Made by a program: the position numbers and the translations under genes
Origin: a virus
Lineage: Duplodnaviria; Heunggongvirae; Uroviricota; Caudoviricetes
Strand: one strand, 5' to 3'
DNA: 39,711 nucleotides
IMG/VR virus record: IMGVR_UViG_2531839665_000019
Span: 1-39,711 of that record
Notes under the pieces: generated by a model
What the model saw: the letters and a program-made list of their open reading frames with translations, nothing else
Told to the model about the DNA's origin: nothing
Database searches by the model: none
Part shown: piece after piece, positions 36,469 through 39,711 of the stretch
Layout of the letters: every line of letters begins with the position of its first letter
Numbering within the stretch: position 1 is the stretch's first letter

Positions 36469-37119
36469 ATGAGTAAACAAACCGCTGATGATTTTTCCTT
36501 TTCTCAGGATAGAAAAGAAAGCATTCAAGACAGAATCAAACAACTGATTGGCAGCAGGAGCCTGCGTAAAGCCACCTCAGACTGGGGATTACCGTACTCG
36601 ACCATAAATAACTACTTTGAAAAAGGCACCACACCTGGCCTAAATGTGGTCGCTACAATAGCAAAATTAGAGAATGTATCACTGGAATGGCTGGTCTATG
36701 GTGAGAACAAAAACATTCTAATGATAGAAAACACAAAGGTGGCTACAGAAGACGTTAACCGCCCCGATACAAGTATTGTTGACGAAATACTAAGACGAGC
36801 CGCTCCAGAAGATAGAGAGCGTCTTATTGATATGCTTTGTTGTATTGGTATCAAAGGAGTCCTGGAACGCTTACAACAACCCATCAGGCAAGCTACGCAG
36901 GCCGACAGCGACCAAGACGAACAGGAGAATGCCATCAGAAGCCTAAACATCAGGGAATCACTCAAAGACGTTATATGTATGGCTCTAGATGGTAATGAAG
37001 AAACCGACAAAGAGATTTTGCGACGCATCGAATCTCGTGCACGGGCTGGGTCGCCAGGTGGTCAGACCGCTGCCACGCCGGAACAAGAAACGAAGCCTGT
37101 AAGCAAAAAATCAGCATGA
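36469..37119 (+). CDS. phage repressor (CI-like HTH)
   Basis: Start taken at ATG 36469 (AGGA SD); HTH-like segment STINNYFEKGTTPGLNVVATIAKLENVSLEWLVYGE; divergent from ner/A/B as for the Mu c repressor. Confidence 0.7.
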   Translation: MSKQTADDFSFSQDRKESIQDRIKQLIGSRSLRKATSDWGLPYSTINNYFEKGTTPGLNVVATIAKLENVSLEWLVYGENKNILMIENTKVATEDVNRPDTSIVDEILRRAAPEDRERLIDMLCCIGIKGVLERLQQPIRQATQADSDQDEQENAIRSLNIRESLKDVICMALDGNEETDKEILRRIESRARAGSPGGQTAATPEQETKPVSKKSA

Positions 37120-37280
37120 ACGCCTACTGCCTGGTGGGCGCATGCTGCTAACTAATTAGCGACATCCACAACAAAACCAATACAGAAGACGGATAAGAAA
37201 GGGACAAATTAAGCAAGGTTAAAACGGGTTTTAAAATCTTTTAAAAGGCGATCGCTTTCCTGCACCACCAGATCAAAGTA

Positions 37281-37414
37281 GTCCAGAATAAAGCGTAAAA
37301 AAAGGCACTTTTGGTCATTTCTTTCAAAACGATCCAGAATCGGTGAAATCTCTCACATCCCGCACCACTCAAGGCTTGCAGGTTCGTCCAGGCTGCTCGG
37401 ACCCAGTCCAGAAT
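37281..37414. repeat. three copies of (G/A)TCCAGAAT near the prophage left end (candidate transposase-binding sites)
   Basis: GTCCAGAAT at 37281-37289, ATCCAGAAT at 37332-37340, GTCCAGAAT at 37406-37414, all in the same orientation within 135 bp. Confidence 0.4.
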
Positions 37415-37430
37415 TGATCACCACCCCACA

Positions 37431-37667
37431 AATACAGCGGTAGGTCTGGGGCTATACCCGGATTACGCAACGGCTGTTGATAAGATGGTTCGCGTGAAAG
37501 ATATCTTTATACCGATTGAGAGCAATGCCAAACGCTACGACGCGATGAATAAAGGCATTTTCAAAGACCTAACCAAACATACTGATGTGATCCTGAAAAA
37601 ATCGTATGAAGTGATGCATGGGGAATTGGGGAATGTGGATTCGATCCAGAGCTGGTCGAATGCGTAA
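37431..37667 (+). pseudogene. 3' fragment of host FGGY-family sugar kinase gene (ygcE-like), truncated by the prophage
   Basis: Open frame encodes ...NTAVGLGLYPDYATAVDKMVRVKDIFIP...SWSNA*, resembling FGGY kinase C-termini; upstream residues in the same frame are non-kinase-like; 5' boundary approximate. Confidence 0.45.
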
Positions 37668-37675
37668 GTGAGGAA

Positions 37676-37699
37676 GGCCGGGCGGGAAACTGCCCGGCC
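37676..37699 (+). other. GC-rich stem-loop downstream of the kinase stop
   Basis: GGCCGGGC-GGGAAACT-GCCCGGCC; 8-bp GC stem; no U-tract follows, so terminator function uncertain. Confidence 0.3.
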
Positions 37700-37713
37700 T
37701 GAACATACCTGAA

Positions 37714-37851
37714 TGGTTATCCCCGCTGACGCGGGGAACATAAGTTCGACAACTTAAAAAATGATAACAAGTCCGGTTTATCCCCGCTGATGCAGGGAAC
37801 ATAATAAAAACTTTAACTAGTTCGGTTTATCCCTGTTTTTACAAGGAATAT
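37714..37851 (-). CRISPR. degenerate type I-E CRISPR remnant (3 decayed repeats; spacers 32 and 20 bp)
   Basis: Repeats at 37714-37741, 37774-37802 and 37823-37851 with 2 to about 10 mismatches versus CGGTTTATCCCCGCTGGCGCGGGGAACTC. Confidence 0.6.
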
Positions 37852-38305
37852 TAACTACACTCGATGTCTTTAGAATAAAAGACAATACGAATCGCACTTT
37901 ATCAATTTTCACTTAAAGTATGAACTGGATATCTTTATTCATAAGAACTATTCATCAACAGCGTATAGAGGCGGTTATGTAAAACCACTCATTAGCCTCA
38001 AAACAAAGACAAACTTCCAGATTTATTACTTAACCAATGAATAACAAGCTTAAAAAACATACTGTTATTCTAAAGAAAAAATTAACAGGCATTAATTCAA
38101 TATTAAAAAAATAATAGATTAAAATTTCTTAACGATTTAAGAATCATACAAATAACACTTTGATTAAATTTAATTTTTTGTATCGATAATTGTGAACCTC
38201 TCTGGCATGGAGAACTATTTTGAACATGAGGTGTTACGTGGATATGTTGCTTATTACAAGTACTGCTAATATAAAAACTTGAGAAAGAGATAACGGGTTA
38301 TATGG

Positions 38306-38700
38306 TGGTTTATCCCCGCTGGCGCGGGGAACTCTAATCACGTTTTAGCGCGCCCTCGTCCGGTTTCGGTTTATCCCCGCTGGCGCGGGGAACTCAAGAC
38401 GACGTGATCCGCAAAGTCGAAGGCACGCGGTTTATCCCCGCTGGCGCGGGGAACTCTGTTTTTCTGCCGGTTTAACACGGTGCGATAACGGTTTATCCCC
38501 GCTGGCGCGGGGAACTCTGTTTCTGTCCCAACTGAACAGCGCCGATAGTCGGTTTATCCCCGCTGGCGCGGGGAACTCGAATGATCCCAAATTTGGGTTA
38601 CAGAACCAGTCGGTTTATCCCCGCTGGCGCGGGGAACTCGGACTTAAAGATCGCATCACAGTACTGGAGGGCGGTTTATCCCCGCTGGCGCGGGGAACTC
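38306..38700 (-). CRISPR. type I-E CRISPR array, 7 repeats / 6 spacers (E. coli ygcE-ygcF CRISPR2-type locus)
   Basis: 29-bp repeat CGGTTTATCCCCGCTGGCGCGGGGAACTC at 38306, 38367, 38428, 38489, 38550, 38611, 38672; all spacers exactly 32 bp; leader-distal repeat (38306) has a terminal base change. Confidence 0.95.
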
Positions 38701-38900
38701 TGTAAACATAACCTATTATTAATTAATGATTTTTTAAGCCAGTCACAATCTACCAACTTTATAGTATCACACAAACAACACATCCATTATGTTAAAGAGC
38801 ACTTAATCCATTGATTAAAAAGGTAAATATTTAAAATAACTCTATACAAACTAAAATCTACCAAACTTTACCGCAATAATTTTCACTCCAGCGAAAAATT
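38701..38900 (-). promoter_or_regulatory. CRISPR leader (AT-rich), adjacent to the leader-proximal repeat
   Basis: Minus strand begins CTGGCTTAAAAAATCATTAATTAATAATAGGTTATGTTTACA next to the repeat at 38672-38700, matching my recollection of the E. coli I-E leader end; extent approximate. Confidence 0.5.
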
Positions 38901-39039
38901 AATGCCACAGAATTTGTAGAGAATGCTAATGATTAGCCCTGGATGGGTAAAATGGAGGAGTTTTCAGAGGCGACAAACAATATAAATGAGTAGAAGTCTT
39001 TACAGGTTCCACCCATTTATAACGCTTATAAATGTTTAA

Positions 39040-39711
39040 TCAGGCAATATTTAGATATTTATGTGTTTGCATCGACAAACGCCAATTACGCGCAATGCAG
39101 GTTTCAATGCACAAACGTGTGGCATCATCCTTTTGGCTAATCGGCTGCAGTGCAATGACTCGCGGTTTATCATCGGTCAGCGTTGCCAGTAGTTCATCCA
39201 GTGCTTCAATATCACGTACGCGCCCCACTGGATGCTTGATTTCGTTGGCTCGCTCCAGTGCCTGTGACAACACGTCATAGCCGCCGCGCATGTTCAGCTT
39301 TGGCGATACGGTAACCCAGGTATTCGGTGTGCAGCGTACTTCATGAGTTCCACTGGTTTCGATCTGGCAGCTAAAACCGTTCTTTTCGAGCAGGTCAGTC
39401 AGTGGCAGCAAATCATGAATGCAAGGCTCACCACCCGTAATCACCACATGCCGCGCGGTATATCCCTGCCGACCAATGACAGCCAGCAAATCTTCACTGC
39501 TCGCCGCCCCCCACTTATCACTCTCTTTGGTCTTCGCCAGAATGCTGAAAAGGGAGACTTCCCGATCCTCAAGCTTTTCCCAGGTGTGTTTGGTGTCGCA
39601 CCAGGCACAGCCAACCGGGCATCCCTGTAAACGAATAAAAATGGCGGGGACGCCGGTAAAGTAACCCTCACCTTGCAGGGTCTGGAACATCTCGTTAATC
39701 GGGTACTGCAT
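39040..39711 (-). CDS. queE: 7-carboxy-7-deazaguanine synthase (radical SAM)
   Basis: 223 aa; N-terminus MQYPINEMFQTLQGEGYFTGVPAIFIRLQGCPVGCAWCDTKHTW with Cx3Cx2C-type cluster motif; recognised as E. coli QueE/YgcF. Confidence 0.95.
   Translation of the reverse strand: MQYPINEMFQTLQGEGYFTGVPAIFIRLQGCPVGCAWCDTKHTWEKLEDREVSLFSILAKTKESDKWGAASSEDLLAVIGRQGYTARHVVITGGEPCIHDLLPLTDLLEKNGFSCQIETSGTHEVRCTPNTWVTVSPKLNMRGGYDVLSQALERANEIKHPVGRVRDIEALDELLATLTDDKPRVIALQPISQKDDATRLCIETCIARNWRLSMQTHKYLNIA

Larger units (their letters stand above)
1..37430 (-). mobile_element. Mu-like transposable prophage (partial; extends beyond window start); left (repressor) end near 37430
   Basis: Mu gene order on minus strand: repressor/ner/A/B, early accessory region, mor, lysis, terminase, portal, F, G, I, T, sheath, tube, tape measure, baseplate, tail fibres. 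Right boundary is inferred from where the FGGY-kinase-like reading frame resumes and from three terminal TCCAGAAT repeats. Confidence 0.8.

Noticed and set aside
37358-37430. Alternative prophage end at 37357 (TCTCACA)
   Set aside because: The kinase-like reading frame only becomes convincing from about 37431, and the third TCCAGAAT copy (37406-37414) lies beyond 37357, so the end is more likely near 37430; exact junction remains uncertain.
37714-38900. Complete CRISPR-Cas system
   Set aside because: Only arrays and leader are present; no cas ORFs anywhere in the window. The arrays are host-type orphan arrays at this locus, not part of the prophage.

Overview
The window is dominated by one large mobile element: a Mu-like transposable prophage (about 37.4 kb here, continuing past the window start), with almost all genes on the minus strand. 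Reading right to left it has the Mu layout: CI-like repressor (plus strand), divergent Ner, MuA DDE transposase, MuB ATPase, a ~6 kb early accessory region of small ORFs, GemA-like and Mor/C-family regulators, a lysis cassette, small and large terminase flanking an orphan DNA methyltransferase, portal, F, G, protease/scaffold I, major head T, then sheath, tube, tape measure, baseplate genes and two tandem tail-fibre plus chaperone modules. The prophage left end lies near 37.4 kb and appears to truncate a host FGGY-kinase gene (ygcE-like). Downstream is host DNA typical of Escherichia coli: a degenerate 3-repeat CRISPR remnant, an intact type I-E array (7 repeats, 6 spacers of 32 bp) with its leader, and queE (ygcF). 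No cas genes are in the window. The most unusual material is in the phage early region: a low-GC cassette whose genes are each preceded by a conserved hairpin element, a cluster of small secreted, Cys-rich and highly acidic proteins, and a double palindrome that looks like an operator. All functional calls rest on reading the translated ORFs and sequence motifs by eye; no database search was run, and many start codons are approximate because the ORF track uses alternative starts.
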